Notes: generated from the letters alone by a model not told the origin. Counted from the first letter of the stretch, positions 37,245 to 46,573 are shown. The stretch: DNA of 64,000 bases from Candidatus Acidiferrales bacterium (GCA_049592615.1 JBAWGF010000080.1:1206-65205); one strand, 5' to 3'. Numbers and translations: made by a program.

Positions 37245-40219
37245 TAAACCTGATTTAGCGGCACGCCCGCCGCTGAACGCTCTTGAGGCGTCTCGGAGCC
37301 GATCAAATTTGCAACAGTCGAAAGCAGCTGATCTTCCTGCACCGGCTTCGTCAGAAAGGCCGATGCGCCATCCTTCAATGCGCGGTCGCGATGTTTTGCT
37401 CCGGCGCGCGACGTCACGACAAGCACGGGTATCCGCCGCGTCACAGGGTTCTGCCGAAGGTGAGCCATCAGCTCGTAGCCGTTCAGCCGTGGCATCTCCA
37501 GATCGGTAATCACGAGATGACAGCCTGTCTGCGCGATGATTTCCGAAGCTTCCAACCCGTCCGAAGCAAGTCTCACGCGATAGCCTGCCTTCTCGAGCAT
37601 CCGGCCTACGAATTTCCGCACGCTAATCGAATCATCGGCGACCACTACGACGCAGTCGTTTTCAACCGGATCGACCGCTTCCGCTGGAATGCTTCCGGCT
37701 GCGACGGCTTCGGCGCCCGGCGCAAAAACGCGCGCTGCGGGAGACGAGGCAGGGAGCGCGTGGCGTTCGGCCGTATCGGTGGACACGAGCCGGTTCAGAT
37801 CGATGAGAAGGATCAGGCTGCCGTCAGGAGCGATCGTCGTGCCCGGAAAGAGTTTGACGCGGCGCAGATAGTCGCCCAGATTTTTGATGACGATTTCGTC
37901 TTTGCCGAGAACTTCCTCGACGACCACGCCCACATGTTTTCCTGCCACCTTTGCGATGACCATGTGAAAGTATCCGTTCACAGGTTCGAGCGGCGGAAGC
38001 GCGAGTTGCAAGTCGAGCCGCACGACTTCCGTGATCACGCCCCGCACGCGCGTAAGAAGTTTTCCCCCGACATCTTCAATTTCTTCCGGCCGCAAGCGGC
38101 GAATCTCTTCGACCACTGCGAGCGGAAATGCGTACACGGACGCCCCGCAACGGACAAAGAGCGCTTGCGAAATGATCAGCGTCAGCGGCACTTTAACCGT
38201 GAAGCATGCGCCGCGGCCCATTTCGGATCGGACATCGATTTCGCCGTTCAGCGTGTGGACGTTCGCGCGCACAACGTCGAGCCCAACGCCGCGTCCGGCC
38301 AGTTCCGTCATGGACGTTGCCGTCGAGAAGCCCGGCTGGAACAGAATCTCGCGGAGCTCGCGATCGCTTAGCTCCGACGCCGCCACCGGCGACATCGTTC
38401 CCGATTCGATCAAGCTTTGGCGCACGCGCTCGTAATCGATCCCGCGGCCATCGTCTTCCACTTCAATGAAGATGTGGTTGCCGCGGTGATAGGCGCGCAC
38501 CGTGATGTGACCCTTTTCGGACTTGCCATTCTGGCGGCGCGCTTCGGGGTCTTCGATTCCATGTGCAACGGCATTTCGCACCAGATGAATCAGCGGGTCG
38601 GAGATGTGCTGGATGATGTTGTTGTCGAGTTCGGTTTCGGCGCCTTCGAGCGAAAGCTCTACCGGCTTTCCGGTGGCTTTCGCCGCATCCCGCACCGTTC
38701 GCGAAAGCCGCGTGTACAGGTTGCCGATGGGCACCATACGCGCGGCTGTGATTTCGTCTTGCAAGTGGTGCGCGAGTTTCGTGAATTCATCAATGTCCGC
38801 GTCTACGCGGCCCATGAATCCTTCGAGCTGTGTCAGGATCTCGGTGACATCGGCCGAAATTTCCGTGAGCGAACGCGACAGGATGTTGAAGTCGTCGTAG
38901 CGATCCATTTCGAGTTCGCTGAACTCGAGGAGATCGTTCGACGTCATCGCGGGCAGCACTGAAAAACTCCCGCGGAAAGTGTCCTTCTGCGGGCCATGGC
39001 TGCCGGGCACGAGCGACCCGCTCAGGCGGTTGTACTCGTGCTTCTCTTGAAAATCTGAAACTTTGCCGGAGAGCCGCCCCTTCGAGAAATTCAGGACTTC
39101 TACGAGTTTCGAGAGTTCCGTCAGACGGCCAAGCATCCGCGTGCGGTTGATGACCAATTCTCCGACTGCGTTCATCATCCGGTCGAGCCGCTCGAGAGAA
39201 ATTCGCACGGACTTTGCTTGTGGTAAGCCCTGCGCGGCGGCCGGGCGCGGTGATGCGGCAGGCTGAGCCGCTTCCACCGGAGGCACTTCCGTTCCAGTTG
39301 TCGCCTCGCCTTCGGCGGCCCCTTCCGGCGCTTCTTCAGGAGCCAATTCTGCAATCCGCGCGAGCAGTGGATCGACGACCGCTCGCATCTCGGAGTCACT
39401 CGACCACTGCCGGTGCAAGAACTTTTTCAGTACGTCCACGGACTCGAGGCACAAGTCCACGATCTCGGCGCTCGGCTGCAACACACCATCGCGCAAATGG
39501 CCGATCAAGTCTTCCACGCGGTGCGCCACCGCGGAGAGTCGATGCAGACCCACCTGTGCGGCTGAGCCTTTCACCGTGTGCATGGAGCGGAAAAGCCGGT
39601 GGATATCTTCGGCATTCGGATTGGCCTCGAGCGCAAGCAAGCATTCCGTCACGGCTTGCAGATGCTCTTCTGCCTCCGGGATGAAGAATTCGAGAACTTC
39701 GTCGGGAACTTCGCTGTCTTGCGGCAGCCGATCGACGAACGAAGCCGACGGAAATTCTTCGGAAACCGGGTGGCCAAATTCGGGTTCGGCCGCAGCGGGC
39801 TCTCCAGCAGGTTCAGCGGATGGCGGAGGCGGAAAGGCAAACGCGTAGCGCTGCTTGAATGTGGCGATATCGTCCGCGGTCTCAACGCCGCTCGAATTGA
39901 TCTGCAATAGATCGAACTCGAGGACGGCAATGGCATCGGAGATGAATTCCGTCAGAGGACCGTGCATTTCCGCCGTAAGCGCCGCATTCATCGCATAGTG
40001 AAAAATGTGCGCCACTTTTGCAGCGACTTCGGAAAAAAGCGGGAACCCATAGCTGGCGGATGTGCCCGCAAGGGTGTGAGAGGCGATGTAGAGCTTTTCG
40101 AGGTCTTCCGGCCTGGTCTGCGGCTCCTGCAACAGCCCGGAGTACTCCCGCAGATACTGGAGGTTGTCCGAAGCCTCCTGCAGGAACAGTTCGACCGACT
40201 CCTGGTTCGGTCCGCTCAC
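37244..40219 (-). CDS. cheA: Hybrid CheA histidine kinase with two Hpt domains, kinase core, CheW-like domain and C-terminal receiver
   Basis: Hpt 1 IASHTLAGTSASYG; Hpt 2 RSMHTVKGSAAQVG; HLVRNAVAHGIE, DDGRGID and GRGVGLDVV; CheW-like region; REC VVVADDS...VITDLEMP...TKPV. The start is moved to GTG 40219, which overlaps the cheR stop as GTGA. Confidence 0.9.
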   Translation of the reverse strand: MSGPNQESVELFLQEASDNLQYLREYSGLLQEPQTRPEDLEKLYIASHTLAGTSASYGFPLFSEVAAKVAHIFHYAMNAALTAEMHGPLTEFISDAIAVLEFDLLQINSSGVETADDIATFKQRYAFAFPPPPSAEPAGEPAAAEPEFGHPVSEEFPSASFVDRLPQDSEVPDEVLEFFIPEAEEHLQAVTECLLALEANPNAEDIHRLFRSMHTVKGSAAQVGLHRLSAVAHRVEDLIGHLRDGVLQPSAEIVDLCLESVDVLKKFLHRQWSSDSEMRAVVDPLLARIAELAPEEAPEGAAEGEATTGTEVPPVEAAQPAASPRPAAAQGLPQAKSVRISLERLDRMMNAVGELVINRTRMLGRLTELSKLVEVLNFSKGRLSGKVSDFQEKHEYNRLSGSLVPGSHGPQKDTFRGSFSVLPAMTSNDLLEFSELEMDRYDDFNILSRSLTEISADVTEILTQLEGFMGRVDADIDEFTKLAHHLQDEITAARMVPIGNLYTRLSRTVRDAAKATGKPVELSLEGAETELDNNIIQHISDPLIHLVRNAVAHGIEDPEARRQNGKSEKGHITVRAYHRGNHIFIEVEDDGRGIDYERVRQSLIESGTMSPVAASELSDRELREILFQPGFSTATSMTELAGRGVGLDVVRANVHTLNGEIDVRSEMGRGACFTVKVPLTLIISQALFVRCGASVYAFPLAVVEEIRRLRPEEIEDVGGKLLTRVRGVITEVVRLDLQLALPPLEPVNGYFHMVIAKVAGKHVGVVVEEVLGKDEIVIKNLGDYLRRVKLFPGTTIAPDGSLILLIDLNRLVSTDTAERHALPASSPAARVFAPGAEAVAAGSIPAEAVDPVENDCVVVVADDSISVRKFVGRMLEKAGYRVRLASDGLEASEIIAQTGCHLVITDLEMPRLNGYELMAHLRQNPVTRRIPVLVVTSRAGAKHRDRALKDGASAFLTKPVQEDQLLSTVANLIGSETPQERSAAGVPLNQV

Positions 40220-41109
40220 AGGCTTCCCTCCACGAGCACCGGTGTCCGCCGCGCCTCCGCCAGCAAGGGCTTGCGGTACAACCTGCAATCGCCGAGAACC
40301 ATGGATTCAAACTTTACCGGCGCGTTCGAAAGCGTCTCCGAGTGCCCCAGCAGAAAATATCCGCCGGGTTCGAGCGCGTCAAAAAAGCGGCGAAGAATCG
40401 AATGCCGCCGGTCCTCCGAGAAATACATCAACACGTTCATGCAAAAGATGCAGTCGAGCTTTCCGACGTAAACCGACTCGACCAGATTCATTTGCGCGAA
40501 CGAAATCATTTTCCGGATTCGCGGCCGCACCAGAAATCCGTGCTTTGTCGCTGTGAAATACGTCACGAGCTGGCCCAGCGAAACATCCTGCAAGCTGCGC
40601 CGCGAATAGACGCCGCGTTCGGCGTGGCGCAGCGCGCGACGGCTGATGTCGGTCGCGAGGATTTCGATTTCCCACGCTTCCGCAAATTTCAGCGCCTCGC
40701 AGAGCGTCACAGCAATCGAGTACGGCTCTTCACCGGTCGAGCAGCCCGCGCTCCAGATCCGGAGCGTCCGCGGAACCTGCCAGAATTTCCGCTCCTGCAC
40801 TTCCGGCAAAATCTTTTTTTCGAGTGCGTCAAACACAGCGGGATAGCGGAAGAACGAAGTCTCCTGGGTCAGCAAACGCTCGAGCAGCGCCTCGTACTCA
40901 ATGCTCGAGCTGCGCACGCTTCGCAGCATCTCGGTTCCGTTCGCCAGCCCTTTTTCTTCGATGTATTCGCGCACGCGCGCCGAGAAAAACCGCTCACGCG
41001 AGGAGTCGAACAGAATTGCCGACCGCTGTTCAATCAGCGTCCGGATCTCGTCGAGCTCATGCTCGGTTAGCCTCGCGGCCGTAGCTGGATGCTGTTTCAT
41101 GTTCGGCAC
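40216..41109 (-). CDS. cheR: Chemotaxis protein methyltransferase CheR
   Basis: ETSFFRYP, RIWSAGCSTGEEPYSIA, CMNVLMYF. Confidence 0.9.
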   Translation of the reverse strand: MPNMKQHPATAARLTEHELDEIRTLIEQRSAILFDSSRERFFSARVREYIEEKGLANGTEMLRSVRSSSIEYEALLERLLTQETSFFRYPAVFDALEKKILPEVQERKFWQVPRTLRIWSAGCSTGEEPYSIAVTLCEALKFAEAWEIEILATDISRRALRHAERGVYSRRSLQDVSLGQLVTYFTATKHGFLVRPRIRKMISFAQMNLVESVYVGKLDCIFCMNVLMYFSEDRRHSILRRFFDALEPGGYFLLGHSETLSNAPVKFESMVLGDCRLYRKPLLAEARRTPVLVEGSL

Positions 41110-41152
41110 AAGTCAGCGGCCGGCCGTTTTGCGCCGGCACGCGGATCCGCCG

Positions 41153-42598
41153 TTAGCGATTCGCCCCCACGGGCGCAGTGGGCCGCGCCTCCTCAGCCGC
41201 CTCCGATTGACGCCCCGACTGCGATCTGAATTGTGCGAGCGCCTCGTTGAGCTGCTCCGAAAGCTTGACCATGTTTCCCACGGTCGAAGCCGTCTGCCGC
41301 GCGCCTTGCGTCGTCTGGCGAGTGATGCCGGAGATGATCTGCATCGCATTCGCCACGCCTTCCGTTCCGCGCACCTGCTGCTTCGAAGCGAGCGAAATCT
41401 CCTGTACGAGTTCGGCCGACTGCCGAACAACGCTTGAAATTGCTTCGAGCGCCTTTCCGGCTTGGTCGGCGAGCCCCGCTCCGACTTCCACTTCGCGAGT
41501 GCCTTCTTCCATCACGACCACCGCTTCGTTTGTCTCCGCCTGAATCGCTTTGATGAGCGCGGCAATGTCTTTCGTCGCGCTGCGGGAGTGCTCGGCCAGC
41601 TTGCGAACCTCGTCTGCGACGACCGCGAATCCGCGACCTGCCTCGCCCGCCCGCGCTGCTTCGATCGCCGCGTTGAGCGCGAGCAGGTTTGTCTGCTCGG
41701 TGATATCGTTAATCACGTTAATGATTTCTGAAATTTCAAGCGAGCGATCGCCGAGCGATTTGATTTTCTTCGCCGTCGCCTGCACCGAAGCGCGGATGCG
41801 CTGCATTCCTTCGAGCGTATCACGCACAGCGCGGTTTCCCTGTTCGGCGGCGTCGAGCGCGCGTCGTGCCGCTTCGGCGCTCGCTTCCGCGTTGTTCGAC
41901 ACCTGCTTCATCGAGACCGTCAGCTCTTCGACGGCCGACGAAGTGTTCGTGATTTCCTGGTCCTGCTGCGTCGCGCCGGCCGTCATATCGTCCGCGGCTT
42001 CGAGAATCTGGTTGGCGCTCGTGCTGACATCCACAGCCGCCTTGCGCACGCGCTCAAGAACTTTCGTGAAGTTGTCGAGCATGAAGTTCACGGAGTCCAC
42101 GACGTTGCCGAGCGCGTCGTTCGTCACCTTTCCGCGAATAGTCAGGTCGCCGCGCGCCACTTGATTGATCGTGTTGAGCAAATCGGTGATGCTCCGCTGC
42201 AATGAATCCTGAGCCTGCTGATTCGTGATGGCGTGAGCCACTTTTGCGGCGCTGCGGTTGAAATTCTCCGCGATGAATCCGAATTCGTCGTCGGAGTCGA
42301 CTTCTGCGCGCGCGCGAGAATCCCCGGCCACCAGCCGTTCTGAGAATTTCGCGAGCTCGCCCACGGGCCGGAGCACGCGCTTGCTCAGCACCATCACAAT
42401 CGAGATCGCCGCAATTACGGCAAGCGCGATGGCGCCGAGTAAGGCTCCGCCAGCACTCCCCGGAAGCGATGGCGCTTCGGTGAGCGAGAGTCCGCCCGAG
42501 TGTGCGCCCGCGTGGTAGGCGAGCCACAGCACGCCAAACAGCGCCACGCTGACGAATAGGACTAAGCCCCAAATTGCGGAACTCAAACGAGCTTTCAT
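41153..42598 (-). CDS. Methyl-accepting chemotaxis protein with a minimal periplasmic loop (2 TM, HAMP, signalling domain)
   Basis: Two TM helices are separated by ~25 residues. HAMP motif ([17 protein letters not shown]). Highly conserved hairpin [36 protein letters not shown]. Confidence 0.9.
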   Translation of the reverse strand: MKARLSSAIWGLVLFVSVALFGVLWLAYHAGAHSGGLSLTEAPSLPGSAGGALLGAIALAVIAAISIVMVLSKRVLRPVGELAKFSERLVAGDSRARAEVDSDDEFGFIAENFNRSAAKVAHAITNQQAQDSLQRSITDLLNTINQVARGDLTIRGKVTNDALGNVVDSVNFMLDNFTKVLERVRKAAVDVSTSANQILEAADDMTAGATQQDQEITNTSSAVEELTVSMKQVSNNAEASAEAARRALDAAEQGNRAVRDTLEGMQRIRASVQATAKKIKSLGDRSLEISEIINVINDITEQTNLLALNAAIEAARAGEAGRGFAVVADEVRKLAEHSRSATKDIAALIKAIQAETNEAVVVMEEGTREVEVGAGLADQAGKALEAISSVVRQSAELVQEISLASKQQVRGTEGVANAMQIISGITRQTTQGARQTASTVGNMVKLSEQLNEALAQFRSQSGRQSEAAEEARPTAPVGANR

Positions 42599-42650
42599 GA
42601 CTTCCTCCCAAAAACTTGTTTGCCTTGAGCGGCTCTCAGCACGAGCAGCC

Positions 42651-43181
42651 TCAAATCACCGGGACCGGAAAGACATCGGTCAATCGCCGTAGATCAACGA
42701 CGAGCGCCAGACGATCGTCATGCCGCAACATCCCGCGGCAATGTGGCACGTTGTTGGGCGCCTGGTCGAGCAGCGCCTCTTCCGTCGCCGAAAATGTGCC
42801 GATCACTTCATCCGTCGCAATTCCAAGCCTCAAATCTTCGCGATGCGGGTCGCCTTTCACGGAGGCCACCACCACATGCTTCGGGAGCAGCCCAGGCCGG
42901 CGCCCTTCCGTAAACGCGATGTCCACCAACGGCACGATCGTCCCGCGGAGATTGAAAACTCCCATCAGGAATGCCGGCGCCAGCGGAATCCGCGTCACGA
43001 TGGGCCAGTCCACGACTTCCTCGACTTCCAGCACTGAAAGGCAGAATCGCTCGCGTCCAGCGCGGAACACGCAGTATTGACGTTCGGGAAGCCTCTCCTC
43101 CGAGAGCGATTCGCTCTCGAGGAATTCCCCGGCTTCGAGTTCGACCGGTAGGCCCGCGTTTTGCTGCTCGTTCGCCATCAA
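42651..43181 (-). CDS. cheW: CheW coupling protein
   Basis: [22 protein letters not shown]...[15 protein letters not shown]. Confidence 0.85.
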   Translation of the reverse strand: MMANEQQNAGLPVELEAGEFLESESLSEERLPERQYCVFRAGRERFCLSVLEVEEVVDWPIVTRIPLAPAFLMGVFNLRGTIVPLVDIAFTEGRRPGLLPKHVVVASVKGDPHREDLRLGIATDEVIGTFSATEEALLDQAPNNVPHCRGMLRHDDRLALVVDLRRLTDVFPVPVI

Positions 43182-43552
43182 GCAAACCTTTTCACCGCGT
43201 TAATCAATTCGTCCGGTGTGAATGGCTTCGCGACGTATCCATTTGCGCCTTGTTGCTCGCCCCAGTACCGGTCGCTCGGCGAGGTTCTCGAAGTCACCAG
43301 AATGACGGGTATCTTCGAATACAATTCCTGACTTTTGAGGTCTCTACACACCTGAAAGCCGTTGCGTTGTGGCATCACGACGTCGAGGAGAATAACGTTT
43401 GGCCGTTCTTCCTCTATCGCGTCTTCGATTTGTGTGGGGTCGGAAATCCCGACCGAGTGAAAACCGCCCCGCTGCAGCATCGACTGCATCAGGTGAACTT
43501 CCGCTACCGAGTCATCGACAATCAGGACCTTCTTCACTACTGCATTCACCAC
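43178..43552 (-). CDS. cheY: CheY-like single-domain response regulator (PilG/PilH position)
   Basis: KVLIVDDS...VILLDVVMPQRNG...ILVTS...AKPF. The start is moved to GTG 43552, preceded by GGAGG-N7. The stop overlaps the cheW start by 4 nt. Confidence 0.85.
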   Translation of the reverse strand: MVNAVVKKVLIVDDSVAEVHLMQSMLQRGGFHSVGISDPTQIEDAIEEERPNVILLDVVMPQRNGFQVCRDLKSQELYSKIPVILVTSRTSPSDRYWGEQQGANGYVAKPFTPDELINAVKRFA

Positions 43553-43587
43553 AGCCGCACCTCCGCGGGGAAACCCCCAAAGATAAT

Positions 43588-43603
43588 TGCAACTCCGCAG
43601 CCA
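43588..43603 (-). promoter_or_regulatory. Sigma-54 (-24/-12) promoter candidate upstream of cheY/che1
   Basis: The minus strand reads TGGCTGCGGAGTTGCA (TGGC-N7-TTGCA; GG-N10-GC spacing exact). It lies 36 nt upstream of GTG 43552, in the 132-nt gap after the preceding gene. Confidence 0.6.
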
Positions 43604-43684
43604 CCTTTCGCCCTGTATTCGCGCTTTGCGAACTCTTTGCAAACCTCTTTCGTTTGTATAATTTACGAGCCATGTGCACGCCCC

Positions 43685-44383
43685 TCAGGTGCCTGTGACC
43701 AGGCGATGGGACTCCCTTTCCGTCTCAGCCTGAGACTCTTTCTCACCGGCCCGCACTTCGGCCGCAAGGGATGAGAATCGTTGCACGATCTCGTTGAGCC
43801 GGAGCGCCATTGTGTGAATCGTCCGGATTTGTTCGCGACAATCCGCCGAAACCTGTCCCGGTTCGAGGAGAAGCAGATCGGCATTGCCCAAAACTGATGT
43901 CAGCGCATTGTTCACGCTCGGACGCATCTCAAGCATGTAGCGGCCGAGAGTCGCGTGGCCCTGGCTTTCGTGCGCAAGTCGCTCCGCGCGCTGTGCGCGG
44001 CTCAAGGCTTCTACTCGGCGAAGCGCTTCGTTCGAAACCAGAATTAGCGTTCCGGTCCAGCCATCCTGTCGCGGCACAATCAGGAGATGAGGGTATTCCT
44101 CGCGCAGGGAGGAAATCTCTTTTTCTTCCCCGGCGACGTATACGGCAGTCGTGGCGGGCTCTGCATCAAGAGCAGAAAGAATCTCGGATGATTTCCCGTG
44201 TCTGACTGGCCCTACGATCACGAGTTGATACCCTTCCCCGCTGCCCGAGTGCCAAACGTCGCTGGTCGCGAGCGTAATTTCCGGGACGTGGCGCTCCGCC
44301 TGCCACCGTGCGGCGACGCTGCGCGCAAATTCCGTGTCGTCCGAGACGATCAGGACGCTGGCGAGGTTCAAGAGACCCCCCAC
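43685..44383 (-). CDS. Pseudo-receiver plus DHp-like (HisKA-like) domain protein lacking the phospho-acceptor His and any ATPase domain
   Basis: REC-like VLIVSDD..., but G at the phospho-site (LVIVGPV). The H-box-like EMRPSVNNALTSVLGNADLLL aligns with VAHEVNNPLAAIVGFTDLLL of the kinase at 48447-50435, with Pro in place of His. The start is uncertain (GTG 44383 or TTG 44371). The ORF-track start at 44677 would overlap the upstream gene. Confidence 0.6.
   Translation of the reverse strand: MGGLLNLASVLIVSDDTEFARSVAARWQAERHVPEITLATSDVWHSGSGEGYQLVIVGPVRHGKSSEILSALDAEPATTAVYVAGEEKEISSLREEYPHLLIVPRQDGWTGTLILVSNEALRRVEALSRAQRAERLAHESQGHATLGRYMLEMRPSVNNALTSVLGNADLLLLEPGQVSADCREQIRTIHTMALRLNEIVQRFSSLAAEVRAGEKESQAETERESHRLVTGT
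43722..43736. promoter_or_regulatory. Perfect 7-1-7 dyad GTCTCAG-C-CTGAGAC, candidate enhancer-binding-protein site
   Basis: It lies ~120 bp upstream of the -24 element at 43603, inside the 3' end of the preceding gene. It shares the 13-mer CGTCTCAGCCTGA with 46558-46570. Confidence 0.4.
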
Positions 44384-44396
44384 TCCTCTCTGCACT

Positions 44397-46007
44397 TCAG
44401 GGTTGAAGCATTTCCGCTTCTTCAATGAATGAAAGTAATCGTTTCGTGCTGATCCCCAGATTGACGGCAGCTTCTGTATTCTTCGCTTGCTTCGCCTGCT
44501 CGACTCGTCCCTGGAAATAAGAAACTTCACTTCGAGCCAGCAATAGAGCCGATGCAAGGGCGTTCGATTCGCCGGAGCGCTTGCGCTGGTCCATGGCAAC
44601 CGCCAGCAACGCACGCGCAACCACGGCGCGCCGCAAATCCTCCGCTTCCTGCCCGCCCTTATCGACGAACGCAGCAACTTCCCAGGATGAAAGCAAAACC
44701 TTCGTGTCCTGTAAAACGACCGTGGACATCGAGCGCCCGCGCGAAGGCGGAGCCGCGATCAATTGTTCCCATATCGCCTCGAGGCACTTCTCCAATTCGG
44801 CTTGCGGGGTCGGCTGCGCGGGGGCTTGCGCGACAGGTTTTGCCGGTCGATTCACTCCTTCAGGAGCAAAAGGCGCTTTCGGCTCATTCGGAATCACATC
44901 GGAGTGCGCCTCCTTGTTTTGCGGCGCCGGAGGCGGCGGAAGGACGTGCGCATCGCCTGGCGGAGGCACGCTCAGAATCGGAGTGACTGGTTCTTCCGAC
45001 TCCGATTCGAAAATGTCGAACTTGCGTTCCGGCACAAGTGCCGTTGCTGGTGCAACATCAGGCCGCTCGCGCCCCAGTGCCTCCTCCAGGTCCGCGCGCA
45101 ACGCCAGAAGCTGTTCAAACGCGTGGCTGACAGAGTTTGCGGTGTAGTCCTTGTGAAAGGGCTGCCGCCAATTCTCGCAGTAATACCGGAGCTGCGTCGT
45201 CGGCTCGGCAGCCGAAAATCCCGCGCGGCGGCAATCCACTGTTTTCACGCCGCTCACGTCCAGTGCATCCACCCCGTCTTTTAGCGCTTTCAAGTCCGCA
45301 TGCAGCATTCGAATGAACGCGCGTCGAAGGAGAAAATTGAACCGGGTGAAGGCCACGAGGGCGGCCGGATCGTAAAACATGCATCCGGCGGATTCTTTGA
45401 GCAGCCGGCCCTGTTCGAGGAGTCCGTGCTCCATCATGTCGCGCAGGCTGTGACAATTCTCGACCGCAAAGAGGATTTCCTCGAGCGGCTGGCACCATTC
45501 AAGCGGTGTTGCATCCGCTTCGGCAAGCACGGGCTGAAGGACGCGCGCAACGTCTGTGAGCTTGATCTCGGCGCGGTAGAGTTCCTCGGGTGCACACAGC
45601 GCGAAGTACTGCACGAGCAGAAGATCGATCTTGTCGCGGTCCACCGTCGATTTGTCCGGCTTCCTCAACTGCCGGTGAATAAACGCGCGGAGACCTTGCT
45701 CGCTGGCATTCAGGACCTCCGGAGGGAGCTGGCGAATTTGATAGGCGCGAAGTTTTTCATCGACTGCCTCGAGCCATTTCATATCGCTGTCGAATGCTTC
45801 CCGCGTGGGCCGCGCCGGAGGAAGTTCGCCGGCCGGATGAGGCAGCGGCGAGAAATTAAATTGAGTCGCGAGCGCTTCATAAAGGGGATACGCGAGCCGC
45901 GCCTCGTTCCATCGCGAGTCAAAATCAGCTGGCGCAGCTCCGCCGAAACCTAAATCCTGGGTTTCGGAAGGGAGTTTTATCGTGGTGACGGGAGATTTTG
46001 TGGTCAT
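44397..46007 (-). CDS. Hypothetical cytoplasmic protein, 536 aa, no recognisable domain
   Basis: A long ORF with coding-like composition. A helical N-terminal ~330 aa is followed by a Pro-rich linker (PPPGDAHVLPPPPAPQ...PAQPTPQ) and a ~130-aa C-terminal domain. Its start overlaps the upstream gene stop as ATGA. Confidence 0.7.
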   Translation of the reverse strand: MTTKSPVTTIKLPSETQDLGFGGAAPADFDSRWNEARLAYPLYEALATQFNFSPLPHPAGELPPARPTREAFDSDMKWLEAVDEKLRAYQIRQLPPEVLNASEQGLRAFIHRQLRKPDKSTVDRDKIDLLLVQYFALCAPEELYRAEIKLTDVARVLQPVLAEADATPLEWCQPLEEILFAVENCHSLRDMMEHGLLEQGRLLKESAGCMFYDPAALVAFTRFNFLLRRAFIRMLHADLKALKDGVDALDVSGVKTVDCRRAGFSAAEPTTQLRYYCENWRQPFHKDYTANSVSHAFEQLLALRADLEEALGRERPDVAPATALVPERKFDIFESESEEPVTPILSVPPPGDAHVLPPPPAPQNKEAHSDVIPNEPKAPFAPEGVNRPAKPVAQAPAQPTPQAELEKCLEAIWEQLIAAPPSRGRSMSTVVLQDTKVLLSSWEVAAFVDKGGQEAEDLRRAVVARALLAVAMDQRKRSGESNALASALLLARSEVSYFQGRVEQAKQAKNTEAAVNLGISTKRLLSFIEEAEMLQP

Positions 46008-46354
46008 GGTTTGATGATCCAGTTTCCAACTTCGCTCGCGAAGCGCGCCGCCACTGCCTTGCGGCCTTCGTGATAGCGCACGGCAACCACGGTAGCGCGT
46101 GCGTCGAGTGAACCGTCTGAATTCAGCAACCGCACGTGATCTTCGAATTCGAGCGGTAATGCAGACGCAAACAGCACTTCCCTCGCGGTGCCGAATTCAA
46201 TGAGCGTCTGTTCCTGCAATCGCCGCCGCCCTGCGCCAAGCGTCATGACGCGCACAGGAATGCGCACCGGCGAAGCGCTGGGAAAGAGCTGAGCCAGTTT
46301 TTCCACACATGATTGTCCTGCGGATGCTGCGACAACTCCGGCCTCACGTGTCAC
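46004..46354 (-). CDS. Small hypothetical protein, possibly a degenerate PilZ-like domain
   Basis: 116 aa with a GTG start. It contains RIPVR (RxxxR-like), but the second PilZ motif is not conserved (IEFGTAREV). Confidence 0.5.
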   Translation of the reverse strand: MTREAGVVAASAGQSCVEKLAQLFPSASPVRIPVRVMTLGAGRRRLQEQTLIEFGTAREVLFASALPLEFEDHVRLLNSDGSLDARATVVAVRYHEGRKAVAARFASEVGNWIIKP

Positions 46355-46461
46355 GGGTTCCCCAATCCTTTCGCCCTCTACCGAGCCAATTCGTTCCTCA
46401 TTTCAAGCGGAATCAGCCGGGCAGACGAAATCCGATGCGAAACACTCGCCCGGGAGGAGAT

Positions 46462-46477
46462 TGCACGAGCGCGGCCA
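46462..46477 (-). promoter_or_regulatory. Sigma-54 (-24/-12) promoter candidate upstream of the three-gene unknown operon
   Basis: The minus strand reads TGGCCGCGCTCGTGCA (GG-N10-GC spacing exact; the -12 is GTGCA). It lies 108 nt upstream of GTG 46354, in the 297-nt gap downstream of the EBP gene. Confidence 0.5.
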
Positions 46478-46558
46478 AAGATTTCGGCATGCGCGCAATC
46501 CTAAGTGGCGTGCTTGCTTACAGTTGGTAGAGCAGGATCGAAGAAGTCTCGCGATTTC

Positions 46559-46573
46559 GTCTCAGCCTGACAC
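46559..46573. promoter_or_regulatory. Near-perfect dyad GTCTCAG-C-CTGACAC, candidate enhancer-binding-protein site
   Basis: It lies ~85 bp upstream of the -24 element at 46477. It shares the 13-mer CGTCTCAGCCTGA with 43721-43733. Confidence 0.4.
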
